From Gracilinanus agilis (lineage: Eukaryota), in the NCBI RefSeq assembly GCF_016433145.1, contig NC_058130.1, positions 132,729,214-132,793,213 of the forward strand: 64,000 nucleotides of DNA, given 5' to 3'. Numbering within the stretch: position 1 is the stretch's first letter; each line of letters starts with the position of its first letter. A program made the position numbers and the translations under genes. The notes below the pieces were generated by a model. That model saw only the letters and a program-made list of their open reading frames with translations. It had not been told where the DNA came from and ran no database searches. Below are positions 27,866 through 40,199 of this stretch, piece after piece.

Positions 27866-30805
27866 CTTGCTCCCTTCCTGGGGGCCAGGGGCCGGTGCGT
27901 TCTTTCTAGGGGGTCTCTCTCACACGTGGGGGGTTTCCTCCTCAGTCTCTCCACCTGCTTATCTCTGTCTGTCTCTCTTCAGCCCCACGATGGGCTTGCC
28001 TCCCCTCTACGCAACACTGACCCCCGTCCAACCTACAGCAGCCGGCCACCCCCCCAACCCCCAGCTGGCCCTTATGAGTAACTGGGGGGGGTGCCCAACC
28101 CCCCCACCAGGCCCAGGATTGGCTGGCCAAGACCCTAACAGGAGGGGCCAGAAGAGAGAGGTATTTTTGCTGACAGAGGGGGAACAGTGGGGTTGCAGCC
28201 TGAGATGTCACTCATAAAGCCAGAGTGGCCCCTGCCCCAGGGAAAGAGGGGGCAGAGGGAGACTGAGACTGTCTGTCTCCTAAGTTTCTCATCTTCCCCT
28301 CAACTTACTTTCCCTGCCTCCTCTGTCCATCAAATTCTAGTTTCCTCAACCCAATCTTATTCTTTTTCTTTCTTACCCCCTTTCAACCCTCTGATCCCTT
28401 CTCCCCTTCACTTTTCTGCCCTCCCCCTACCCATTTGTTCCCTCCACCATCTACTCCCTCTTGAACAGCTCAGCCTGTTCCCACTACCATAACTTTCAGC
28501 ATCTTTTTCATCCCAATGAAATAAAGGAGGAAACACATTGAGACTGGACCTGCTAAGGGGAGTGAAGGGGCCGGGGGAATCTAAGACAAAACTAGAGGAG
28601 AGATTCTCTATTGTGGGATAAGAGAGAGCAACTCTAGAGGGGCAAGTGGAAATGAGGAGGGGAGAGCGTCAAAGAGACAGGGCAGAAGGTGGTAATCCTA
28701 CCCCAGGGAGGGGGGCAGCAGGAGCCATCAACATGGGATTTAGTGTCCAAGTGCTGGTGAGTAAAGCCAGGACTGCATGTACCCCCTGCCAACACCACCT
28801 CCCCACCTGCCCTCCTAAAGCCATGGGAAACACAAGTCCCTGCTCCACCATTCCTGATAGGGAATCCCCCCCACTCCCTCCCCCCAGGAAAATGGGATAC
28901 CCAGCCACAGGGGTAACCCAAGAGGCTACAAAATGTGCTGATGGCACAAAGGGGAGAGACATATGGTTTGAAGGTTTAGAATGCGGGTAGAGATACCCTC
29001 CTAGACAAGGACAAATAGAAATAACTACTCTTTCTCAAGCCATGGCTTCCTCCACACTGATAGGTCTTGACCTGTCTTGACCTAAAACATTATAGCTAAT
29101 GTATACAGTTCTTGCTACTATCACTTGACTGCTGGTCTCAGATCCAGGTGAGGATTGCATAAGAGAGGAGAAATCCAGGATCAGTGGAGAACAAGGGAAA
29201 TGGTTATAGTGTGCTCATGAGTTGGACAGATTCCTCAAGGGAAATCAGATTGGGATGGGCAATGGAGGATTTAAACTAAATCAGGCTGGTATAGTCAAAG
29301 GGAATGGGTATGGCTGCGACTGCAGAGGGTCAGATCTGGTGAAATAGAGGACAGAAGCCAGTGGAAATGCATGTCAGCTATGGGGGGAGGGGGTGTGTGT
29401 GAAGGGGAAAGTAAGAACATGAATCATGGAACCATGAGAATTTTTTCTAAAAAATAAAAATAAAATAAAGAAATAGAGGACAGAGACAGGTGGGTGTTAG
29501 GGAGATCATAGGATTTTGAGTTGAAAAGGACCTTGGAGATTATCTATCCCAATTCTTATTTTATAGATGAGATCCAGAAAGATGTCCATAATCACACAGA
29601 TTATAAGTGGCACAGCTGAGATTCAAACCTAGTTCTTCTGATTTGATCACTTTTTCTACCACACTACAGCTGCCTTATTTGGAGAAGCCATGGGGGACAG
29701 GATGGAGAATGGAAAAAGTCCTAAAAGGGAGAGCTGAGGGGAACAGACCAGAGGTAAGGGGAAGGTGGAATAAGCAAACTGAACCATAAGGAGAAAAGAG
29801 CAGAAGGCCCTGTTGTCAGGAGCCAAGCAGGACTGAAAGACTGGGTCCAAAGGCACAAGAAGTTTATATGCCCTGGATTCCATGTCAGCCTCCCAGGAGT
29901 AGCAGTTGCTCTGAGCCAGCCCCCACCCCTTTCTCCAGGGTGGAGCATCTGGTTACCACTAGGCAACTGCTGGAGAATGGGGGAGGTAGGATGGGACCTT
30001 GGGGGTCAGGAGAATGTGAGCTGGTAAAGAGGGGTGCAGAAGAGGAAGGAGAAATGAGGAAGGCAATAACTGAAGGAGCAAGGGAAAGATAAGGTGGTAG
30101 TAGAACAGAGAGGGGATGAGGAATAACTAGTGAAGGATTAGAGATGGGAAGGTCATAGAAAGGGAGCTGTGTGACCTTGGACAAATCACTTTCCCCCCCC
30201 CCCTTCCTTTTTCCATTTGTGGCATGAGGAGGCTGGACTAGCTAATTAATCTTTAAGGTCTATTTTGCTGCTAAGAGTCTCAAGAAAGGCATAGGAGAAA
30301 GGGAGCCTGAGGAAAGAGGAATCCCTAACTTGGGAAAACCAGGTACTTTGTAGGGGTGAGGGGCAGAGGAAAGGTTTAGGAATACTTCCCACTTGAACCC
30401 TCCAGTACCTTACCACTCCTCTGCCTGGGCTGGAAGGGCAACCTCCAGGGTGAGGTGAGGACATGGCTCTCCTCCCCCTCCCCTTTTTCACAGCTTTGAC
30501 TCTCTCCTCCACAGCTGAGTCCTTCCCTGACCTCTGGGGAGGTGGGAGGTGGGTGTGTGGGGGCTACACAAAATGGGGCAGTTATGTGAGAGAATCACAC
30601 CCACAGGAATCAGAGGACTTTCAAACCTATCCCGTGATCCCATGTTATCTGGGTAGAGGAGAGAGTTGTGAGAGGGCATAGCCTAAGCTACTGCTCAGGC
30701 TACTTTTTCCCTACCCTGGTGAGTGACAGGGGCCACTGCCCATCTTGAAGGAGCACGAGTGACCAAACATGGAGAGGGAGGAAAGGGAGGGAGGGAAGAA
30801 AGAAG

Positions 30806-30806
30806 G

Positions 30807-30856
<50 letters not shown>

Positions 30857-30866
30857 CAGAGAGAGA
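30806..30866. repeat. (GA)n/(GAGACA)n microsatellite
   Basis: Read directly from sequence. Confidence 0.95.
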
Positions 30867-32767
30867 ACATGATATAGGGAATATGGGGGATAAAAGGGCA
30901 CAGATTTATATTAAGGGACAAACCAAAAAAAAAACAAAACGATTGAAGTTTGAGTGCTAGTCCAAAACCCTAAGTTCCCTAATTCCATAGATAAAAATTC
31001 CATATATAGGCTTGGGGAGGAAAAATGATTTATCCACTATTACACATGGGGAGATCAGTGGTCTCCCTCTAAAAAATGGAGGAAAATAATTTAGAAAATG
31101 AAAATTTTTTTTTCCCACTTAAATGACCAAATACTTTCTGATTTGATTGAAGAAGATATCCTCACCCCTATATCCTAGGGCTGGTGGGGAAAAAAAAGCT
31201 TTATCATCAACTCCCCCTGTATCTATGGCAAGTAACTTCTTATTGCAGCTTAAGTTTCCTCCCTCATCTATAAAATAAGGAGGTTGGACCAAAATCCTCA
31301 GGTCCTTTTCAATACCTTTCTAACATTTCAGCGTCTGTGAGGAAGTCCTGAGGCCCAAAATTTAGGGAAAAGGAACAATTATCACCCAAACATGAGAACC
31401 CTGGAGGAAGGCCCATTCCCTAGAGTTCCCTTTTACCTTGCAAAGGCAATTTTCTAAAGACTGAAGGAGAGGCAAGCTGGGAATATAATTTTTTTCTCAT
31501 CAGTTTAATTCTGAATTATATCTTGTTCATCTCCAGTGGTATTCTCATATATAACACTAAAATCCCCCAACTTTTCTTCAAAGGGTTGCTTCCACCCCTC
31601 ATGCTCCCCCAAAACTAGTTTATGAAAGCCCCAGAGAGAAGACCAAGTGGGAAAAGCCAGCAACCTTCAGCCAGCTCCCTGCCCAGGGCATACTGCAGTC
31701 TCCAGCTGTCTCCTGTCCATCTCCTGTAAGAAGCAGAGGCTCAGAATAACAAGGTCACAAGAGCCAAGGGCCTGCTGGAGGAGGGGAGTTAGGACAGAAG
31801 GAAAGGGAGTGGCAAGGCCAAGGGAAAGGGAAGAATACAAGGCTGGAGCATCCCATTAGATTGAATAGTGATAGAGCAGAAACACAAGAAAAAGAAAGAG
31901 AGAACAGAACATGAAAGGTAGTGGGAGTAGTTCTGGAATACAATGGAGATGGTCTTATTAAAAGGCAGATAGCATGATAGGATGTAAGAAGAAGAGCATT
32001 TACAGTGGGCAACCCTGTATTTGAATCCCAACTTGGCTCCTATTACCTGTCTCACTTCATGCAAACCATTTACTTTTGGGGGTCCATCTCATCTTTTAAA
32101 CCAGATATTGAATAGATGGTTCTTCCTAATTCCCTCTGTAAAATGTCTTTCTCTATTAAGTCTGACAATCCAATGAACTACACATGAAAGCCAGAGTAGC
32201 TAGGAGGCCCAGGGGTGCCCTCTTTTGGAGAAATGTACCATCAAAGCTGGGAGCAGTCACTTGGGACACAGAATGTCAGCGCTGGAAGGGTCCTCACGAT
32301 ACTATCCAAGTCAACGCCCTCATTTATAGAGTAAACTGAAGCCCAAATAAAGTGACTTCCCCAATAAACCACATTTAGCTGAATGGCAGAACCAAAACAT
32401 AGGACTCCAAGTCATCCCACAATAAGGTGTTCTTTCTCAACACCCCATACCCAGAAACCCTGCCCTCAAGTCTGGACTTTCCAGCTTGGCTCAATGGCTA
32501 TTATCTTTGACCTCTGCCAGAACAGTTTATTTGGGGAAAAGAAACCACTGCCCTCCCTGGCTCTATTTCACAGTTCTCTCTGTGGGGCTAGAATTCCAGA
32601 ATCAGAATGTTAAGAATTAGAAGGGACTTAAAAAGATGGTTGGTGTGACATGAGAAGTGAAAGTATATAGATGTGAGTCTTCTAAATCAATTGTTTCCCC
32701 ATCTCCCATTCCATCCTGTGATACAAACATTGGGCCAATGACCAGAAGAGAGCTGAGATAAACCTTT

Positions 32768-32773
32768 TTTATT
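32768..32773 (-). terminator. AATAAA poly(A) signal, SH2B1
   Basis: tttatt on + strand about 360 nt downstream of the alpha stop. Confidence 0.7.
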
Positions 32774-33134
32774 TATGTTTCTCCATTTCACTTAAAAAAA
32801 AAAATCCTTAATGTAGCTGATACAGCCCCTCCCCAATACATCACAGAGCTGTGAGAGGTACTGGAGAAATGGCCCACAGGGGGCGAGGCTGAGCACAATT
32901 GGCCCACCCCCAAAAGGAGGTAACGGATCCAAGTCCCCTGCCCAGGGAAAGGGACAGCTTGGAGTGTGTTATCTGGGAAGTTACTAATGGCTCTGTCCCT
33001 CGGTCCTGTACCATTCCCACCCCCTACTCAAATGGGCAAGGGAAGCATTTGTACCTCTCTGGTGAGGATCTGTCCTGGGTCCTGGCCCGGGACCAGGGAG
33101 AAAGGGGGAATTGGTTGTGTGGGGGTATTCATCC

Positions 33135-33463
33135 TTATAAGAAGGAGTACTGGTTATTGATGGCTCTGGAGCGGACCCCTTCCTCCCCGGCATTCCCTGG
33201 CTGCAACTGCAAGAAATGCACAAAAGGGGTCACTCCCACCTCCCCACCAGGCCCCTCTACCCCTGAGGGCTCCCTGTTTAGGGCTGTGGCCTCCTCAGGC
33301 TCAGCCACAGGGCCCAGCTCTCCTGGGGTCCCTCCACTGCCTGCCTTCTCTTCCTCTGAAGCTTCTGATGCTTCTACCATCAACTCCTCTTCCCCAGGGT
33401 GTGCAGGGTCTGCCCTTGAATCAGGGTCAGGAGGTTGGGATGGATCATGGGAGATGTTCGGTT
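33135..33463 (-). CDS. SH2B1: SH2B1 terminal exon (alpha frame EPNISHD...[10 protein letters not shown])
   Basis: ttccag|aaccg; TAA at 33137-33135. Confidence 0.92.
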
Positions 33464-36400
33464 CTGGAAAGAGTAGGGAAGGAAGATAATTCAGGTAAAG
33501 CAGATGTGACTTAAGTCTTCTTACACCCCCCTCCCTTTTACCTCCATTATCCTCAGGACCCAAGTACCTTCTTCCCACACCTTCCAAGCCCCTTCATGGA
33601 GGATGGAACATGGGGAGGAAGCACACTTACACACAGTCACTCGCTCCGATGGGCATGAGGGTGGAAGAGGCGTCGGGGTAGCAGCGATCTCCCTCACACA
33701 CCCCAGCTCGGCTCCCTGCCCGTTCCCTGCCTGGGGGGTTGGGGGGGTGTGAGGAGGGGGTATAGACAGGATAGCAAGGGTTTAAGGGTGGTTTGGAAGG
33801 GGAAAGATGGGGAGCAGAGGTTTGGGTAAAGGTCATATGGGGCAAACATATGGGAGAGCAGAGGAAGCATTGCCAAGAAGGGAAGAAGATCCAAGTACAG
33901 ATGAGGACAAGAGAGGGAAAAGTAGGGAAGGATGGAAGCAGAGACAGACAATGGACAGAGGCTTTTGATGGAAATGAAAATGTACCAATCCCATTCTCAC
34001 CACCTCCCACCTCCCACCTGGTTTGAGTATCATCTCTCAAGGGAAAGGCAGAATGGCTAAGCACCTCTCAGCAAGGTACGTTCACTGTCTTTTTTGTTCC
34101 AAATGTGCAAATGTTTTCTCTCCCTCCCTTCTTCCCCACTAAACATGCTCTCCAACTTGCGTATGAGAGCCTTCTTTTCCTCTCTGCTCACATCTCACTT
34201 CTCTGATGAGCAAGAACCCTCTCCCCTGCCGCCCCCCTTACCTTGTAGCCGCTGGGAGGCCACGACATAGCTGACGAGGGTAACATCACTGGAGCCCCCA
34301 GACTCCAGAGGAATGGGGTGGACCCGGAAATGCTCCAGCATGTCAAAGACCGTCTGGAACCAGAGGTGCTGCACCCGGCACTGACCATCCTCATTCAGGG
34401 ATAGACGAAGGTGCTGGGGGCCGGGATGGGGAAGGTAAAGACTGCTTTCTTCTTGGGACTCAAGGGCTGCTGCCTTTTCCCTGTCATTACCTAAACTACT
34501 CTTTTCCCTGGGATCTAAAATCTTTTCCCCAATAGTTCTTCACTTCCCTGGGAACCTCCTGTTTCCTGGAATGCCCCTCCTCCTTTGAACTCTCTCTGTG
34601 GGATACTTCCCTAAGCTAATCCTCTTCCCCGGGGTTTGACAACCTTCTCCCCTGAAGTTGCCTTTCCTCTAGGAAAGAAAGGAGCCCTTTCTTCCATAGG
34701 GCCACTCACCTTGGCCTTGCCCTGGAAGTTGAATGTGAGGACATACTCCCCCCTCCTCGTCTCACTCTGACGTACCAGAAAGACACCATGGCTGCCAGCA
34801 CCCCCTGCCAACACTAGCTGGGCAGCCTTGAGTCGGGAGAGGGTCCCATGGAACCAAGGGTACTCTGAAAGGGGGTGGTCCCCATCACCTCCATCTGACT
34901 CCCCCTGGAACAGGAACGAACCTTCAGGAAGGAAAGAGTTGGGAAACCGGAGTGTCAGGGAAGCCTCCCCATCCCTAATGAGAATCTTCTGTCTTGAAGC
35001 TCCTTCCCTATAGATTTTCCTTTCCCCCTAGATTAGGCACCCATAGTCCCTCAGATCTTAAAGACCCAAGAGAAGGAGTTTAGCTAACAAGAAATTTAGA
35101 ATTAAGAGTAGTAGTTAGAAAGATGTATAAGGCAAAGACAAAAAACACACACACACACACACACACACTCTCTCTCTCTCTCTTTCCCCCATCCACACAT
35201 ATATTTACAACACACACTTAAAGTATAAATAGGGGTGCATGTATATTTTTAAAATACATATACACACACACACATACATACACACCCTGATACCTGTGGT
35301 GTCTGGAGTGTTCGGGGGAGGGTAAGGGGCTGGTGGGGGGTAAGTTGTTCCCAATGGGGGCCCCTCTTCAATAGGGACTCGGGGGGGCAACTCTGGAGGC
35401 AGTAGTTCCATTGAGTCAAAATGGGAGGCAGCAATGGAGGCAGAGCTGGGGGAGATAGAAGCTGAGGGACGATCCGAGAGGCCCCCATATGCCCCTAGAA
35501 GAAAAACCAAGGGTGCAGGGAAGGTCTGAGACTCAGTACCCTCCCTAACCCAATAAGGCAAAGGGGAACCATTCTCCCTAGGACACAGAAAGACTAGATA
35601 GCTTCCTAACATGTCTCCATGACTCAAATCTCTTCCTCATGTATATCTTGTAGAGGGCACCAGAGAAATATTCCTAAAACACACCATATTCATCACAAAC
35701 CTGCTGCTCAAAATCCTCAACTGGCTCATTTCTTAAAAGATAAAAGACTACACTCCTTAGTTTTTCTCTCTGCATTCTCATATGCCTATCCATATCCAGG
35801 CCCACCTCCTCCAAAAAGCCTTCCTTGACTATTCTAGCCCTCAGAGGCCTCTTCCTCCTCTGTTAGTATACACTATGGCCTTGGCAGGTCCCATCTTATA
35901 CTACTGCTTGATTCATCTTAAGGTATGCCTGCCCTTTCCTCCTACCCCTGCAACCATGAGAACAGTTGCTAAACCTTAAAGTTCTTTCTATATCCAGGAT
36001 TTGACACTAAATAATTATCTCCACCTTAGAATTGGAAGAGACCTCAGAAGCCATCAAACTGACAATCTATTGAATGTTGCCTGAATAAACTGAGATAACA
36101 GGTCTTCAAAAAAATATGCCATCTGGATTATCAATTAGGAGACCCGAGTTCTAATATCAACTCTGCCACTTACTATATTACCTTGGACAAGTCATTCCTC
36201 CTTTCTGACCCTTAGTTTCTCCACCTATAAAAGGAGGTTGGACAATAAAATCTCTTCTAGCTCTAAAATTCTGATTATCTAGTTAACAATACAGAAGTTG
36301 TCCCCCAAGGATCTGGCTTTCCTTCCCTTCTGCCTCACCCTGAGACAGGTGCTCGTTGCTCTCACTAGGTCCCAAAGGCAGCTCCTGACTGGGCAGACTC

Positions 36401-38525
36401 TCTGAATGGTTGAGGCAGGATAGTTCCAGGTTGTCTGTGTTCTCCCTGGCAGGGAATGAAGTCCCAAGGGTAGGCATCAGATCAGGGATCAGTGTGACAC
36501 AGAAAATTTCAAAGGAAAGAAAATGGAAAGAGGGAAGTCAAAAGGTAAACTGAGCAGTGTTGAGCACTTTTCTGCCACCTCCCCTCCCTTGCTCAGGCCC
36601 CTCACCCTGGGCTCAGGCAATCCTGTAGATCAGACACCCAGGCCTTCATATTCAGGGCATCAGCTGTCTCCAGGATATACTCCACAGAACCCTCCACCTA
36701 TGGGAGGAAGGGTAAGGTACCTCAGCCAGGACATGGGATAAAGAGGAGGCCAATAAGACAATGAGAGCTCCCTAGATCTTTCCTTCCAACCACAATGCAA
36801 GAACTTTCTCTCCAATCATTTCCTCTCCTTCCTTTGCTTCTCTTCCCAGGTAAGTACTTTTATTTGTGTCTGCATGTATTTTTTTGCATTCAACATGTAC
36901 ATGCATACATATATGTGAAAGCAGTCCAAACTTTAAGAAATATATTAATTTTGGGAAAGAGTCCCCTAGCTGTAAGGTCATGGCACCTTGCTCACAGCTT
37001 CTAGTCCTAGGAAAAGCCAAGAGCCTTCTTACCACCTACCACTCTTCTCCCACCAACACACAAGAATCAAATTTTTTGGAATGGTAGTAAAGAAAGAATG
37101 ATATCAAAATCTCTGACCTTAACCACAAAGGTGTTTTCCCTGTCAGGCATCTCCAGAGCTGTGGTTGTCCGGACATCTGTGATGGTAGAACACAGGATGT
37201 TGATCCGGGGTCGGGATGCCTGTGGTAGAAGTGGCAGGAGTCCCAATATTCAGGCTCAAAAATACTCATCTACTTCCCAGGGGGTAGGGGGGGGGGGCCT
37301 GGCCTCCCAGCTCTTCCCACTTCACCACAGGGGTGTCAACACAAGCCTAATGGCTCTCTGCTCTACCTTGTAAGTAATGTGGAAGTGGCAAAAAGACTGT
37401 TACCATCAGCCTAGTCTTACATATTCAAGTGTCAAGAGTTAGAAAAATGGGTCCAAGTTTCAAAATAAAAAAGTAAAAGCCTGTAGGCTTGTAAACTTCT
37501 GGGGTTTATCTGCAAGGCTTTTACATTATCTAGCCCCAGTCAAACTTCCCCTTCTCTCTCACCTTAGGTGGGATATAGAACTCCAGCCGACTTCCATCTC
37601 CTTCCCCCTCATTCCGAAGCAGCAGGCGACACTTCTGCCACCTTGGTGGTCCCCCACCCCCAGATGAAGTTCCAGTTCCTCCTCCCCCTCGACCTTCTCC
37701 TCCACCAAGAGCTGCCTCCTCTGTTCCCATGAAGCTCAGCAGGCCCTCCCTTTGCACTGTCCCTGCCCCATCCTTTAAGGGTCCCCCTCCCCTACTTAGT
37801 CTCAGCCTCTCAAATCGGTGAGTCCATCTTTCCCCAGGGGATGTCCCACTGCTAGTTGGCCCCACATTGGTGCTACCACCCCCACCAGAGGAGTTGGAGT
37901 TGCTGTTTCCACCCAAGACAGGTGGTCCAGAGGAAGATGTCTCCAAGGGTCCCACTGGTGAGGGGGGATCACCAGCTCCCCGCCACTGCAAGATCCCTCG
38001 AACTGAGCCTCGTACTGATCGGCCCACAGAGCGGAGGGAGAAACGTTTCTTCAGTTTAGGCTTTGAAGAGGATGAAGAGATTGAGGAAGGGAGGGGGCCA
38101 GCTAAGTCTTCAGAAGATCGGGAAGGACCCAGCACAGTCAGAGGACCACTGTTCCGGCAGCTCTCCAGGGAAAGATCACGAGATAAAGTTTCCGTACCAG
38201 GACTCAAAGGGATTGGGCCAGATGACAAAAGGGAACCTGAGGCCCGAGCCACCTCTGCCTCAAAGTGCTGCAAGAAGAGCTCAGCAAAGCGTCGTGAGAA
38301 AGCTGCCTCAGCCCCAGGACCTGCATATTGGGGATGGGAAGCCAAGTAGAGGCGGAAGCGCCGGGCAAAGTCCAGGGCTGCCGCTCGAGCGTGGGATTCA
38401 CAGAATTCCCGCCAACTGGGAGGAGGAGGAGGTGGTGGTGGTGGTGGTGGTGGTGGTGGCGGCAGTGGTGGCAGAGGGGGAGGAGAAGGGGAAGCCCCAT
38501 CCTCAGGGGAAGGGGCACCATTCAT
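33135..38525 (-). CDS. SH2B1: SH2B adapter protein 1, multi-exon span (alpha about 725 aa, beta about 655 aa by my exon sum)
   Basis: [10 protein letters not shown]...[17 protein letters not shown] (Phe-zipper dimerisation domain), [13 protein letters not shown] domain, SH2 (WFHG...[17 protein letters not shown]), alpha end [10 protein letters not shown]. Confidence 0.97.
33631..33730 (-). CDS. SH2B1: SH2B1 beta-specific 100-nt exon ([34 protein letters not shown], then TEHLP*; stop ends at 33445)
   Basis: ccccag|gcagg...gactgtgt|gtaagt; matches the known SH2B1beta tail. Confidence 0.9.
34242..34413 (-). CDS. SH2B1: SH2B1 coding exon 7 (SH2 C-half)
   Basis: [43 protein letters not shown]...QRLQ; 172 nt. 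Confidence 0.94.
34710..34921 (-). CDS. SH2B1: SH2B1 coding exon 6 (SH2 N-half)
   Basis: SFLFQGE...[18 protein letters not shown]...FNFQGKAK; 212 nt. Confidence 0.94.
35145..35185. repeat. (CA)n(CT)n microsatellite in an SH2B1 intron
   Basis: Read directly from sequence. Confidence 0.95.
35294..35494 (-). CDS. SH2B1: SH2B1 coding exon 5
   Basis: [40 protein letters not shown]...; 201 nt. Confidence 0.93.
36339..36445 (-). CDS. SH2B1: SH2B1 coding exon 4 (shortened; [20 protein letters not shown]...HLSQ)
   Basis: First AG after the pyrimidine tract is cctgccag|g gag aac; in frame; 107 nt. Confidence 0.8.
36606..36697 (-). CDS. SH2B1: SH2B1 coding exon 3
   Basis: [30 protein letters not shown]; 92 nt, ends phase 2. 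Confidence 0.94.
37118..37219 (-). CDS. SH2B1: SH2B1 coding exon 2
   Basis: [34 protein letters not shown]; 102 nt. Confidence 0.94.
37563..38525 (-). CDS. SH2B1: SH2B1 first coding exon (acceptor at 38614, 5' UTR 38614-38526)
   Basis: ttccacag|ttgcc; ATG at 38525; cctaag|gtgaga. Confidence 0.93.
38418..38462 (-). repeat. SH2B1: Coding trinucleotide repeat encoding 15 consecutive Pro in SH2B1
   Basis: CCG (CCA)9 (CCT)4 CCC on the minus strand. Confidence 0.95.
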
Positions 38526-40199
38526 GATGAGCCAGATGAAACGGAGAGTGGGGGACCACGGGGAGGGAAGCAAGTGGGGGGGGAGGCCAGAAGATTCAGG
38601 GTCATCTGCGGCAACTGTGGAAGGGAAAAGAGGCACATATATAGGAGTCAACATTGGGATTAGAGTCCCCATGGATCAGAAATTCCCTAATTGCTCCACC
38701 CCAATGAGAAGCCATCTACTTTTCCACATAGCTTTCTGTTCACATTGTTCCTCTCTGATTCAGAGGTTCTAAAGAGACCTTGAAAACATGTTAGCTTCCT
38801 TCTCCTATTCCAAGTTCTCAAACCTCTCAAGCACTGGAAGGTTTTCCCAGATATCTAACCTCCATCTCTCCTGCTGCAATCTCAGCCCACATTCTTTGGC
38901 TTCGATCCTAGAGGAGCTGGAGGTAAACTGGTCACCATCTTCCAGAAAAGAAACCCTTTAAGAGACATAAAGCTCCCTTTCCAATCACCTCTCAGGAATA
39001 AATCCTTCCAATGTCTTACTCAAAGGGTCCCCAACACATCATGCTTTTTTTCCCTAAGGCTCACTAGCATTTTAAGCATTGTGGTATGAGGTGGGTACTG
39101 CTTTGAAAGGATCATTCTTATCCACCCCCACCCCTCCCCAATCAAAGGCTCAGCAGCTCCTCACCATAAAATGTTGGAGACTACTACCTTGTTCCTTCTT
39201 CCCCTCAGTCACAAGAATAAAAGGAGCTATGAGAAGGCTGAGTTGAACTATTTTCTATTGTCACTAAGAACAGAAGGAAGCAAAAGGGGATAGAGGTTAG
39301 GAGAGCTATGAAAATTAGCATATAGGTCTTTAGTCTCATAACCCAGAGCAACTGGACTCTGGGAAAAGCAAGACTAAGAACTGAGAGCCACTAATCCTGT
39401 ACTTCTTCAGAACAGACCCATAGTCACTATTTGCATCATCACTGGTTGATTAGGCTAGGAAGGGTTTTTTGGAAATTTTCTGCTTGACAAATAGCAGCAT
39501 TTACATGGTACTTTATAATTTTAAAGCATTTTCACATACTTCTCTCATTTGATCTTCATAGCAACCCTAGGAGAGGTAAACTAGTTGCTCTTGTGCCCAT
39601 TTTATTGGTGAGAGAAAAAAACTAAGAAGCTGAAAGACTGCCTACTGTCACAAAAGAAGTGGCTAGAAATTCTAACCAGAGATAGAATCCAGATCCCCTG
39701 ACTCCTATTCCAATTCCCTAAGATGGGAATTTCTAAGCAAGCCTAGGTTCAACATGACAAAATGAATTTCCACAGAGGGATATCATATACTGGAGTGGAC
39801 AAAGTAAATAATTTCTACATTTGAAGGCCAGACCTCCATGGGGCAGGGTTGGAATGAGAGCAGTTTTAAAGAATTCTGTCGGCCTTTATGCTTCCTCACC
39901 TTCTCAAGGCCTCCTTCCCAATAGGCAACCTACACCTATTCTAAGGGTTATTTCTCCCCCACCAATGGCCTCATATTCCTTGAATCCTCTATCCTTTCCA
40001 TGTCTTTTATATCTATCTGCCTCCAGCCTCAATCTCGAGGAGACAGAAACAGAAAAGAGCCTACGAAGATGGAGTGTTTAGCGCATGCAGGGGGGAAGAC
40101 ACCCAAGTATGACCCCCACACACACACAATACCCTAACGCTCCTACAATTCACACCAACAAGGGGGCGTGGGAGTGTGGAAGCCCGGACCCAATGGGAG

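Noticed and set aside
32899-33489. 196-aa plus-strand ORF
   Set aside because: Antisense shadow of the SH2B1 terminal exon and 3' UTR
37530-38672. Upstream in-frame start extending SH2B1 by 49 aa
   Set aside because: The extension crosses a clear acceptor at 38614/38615 into the intron; the conserved start is MNGAPS at 38525
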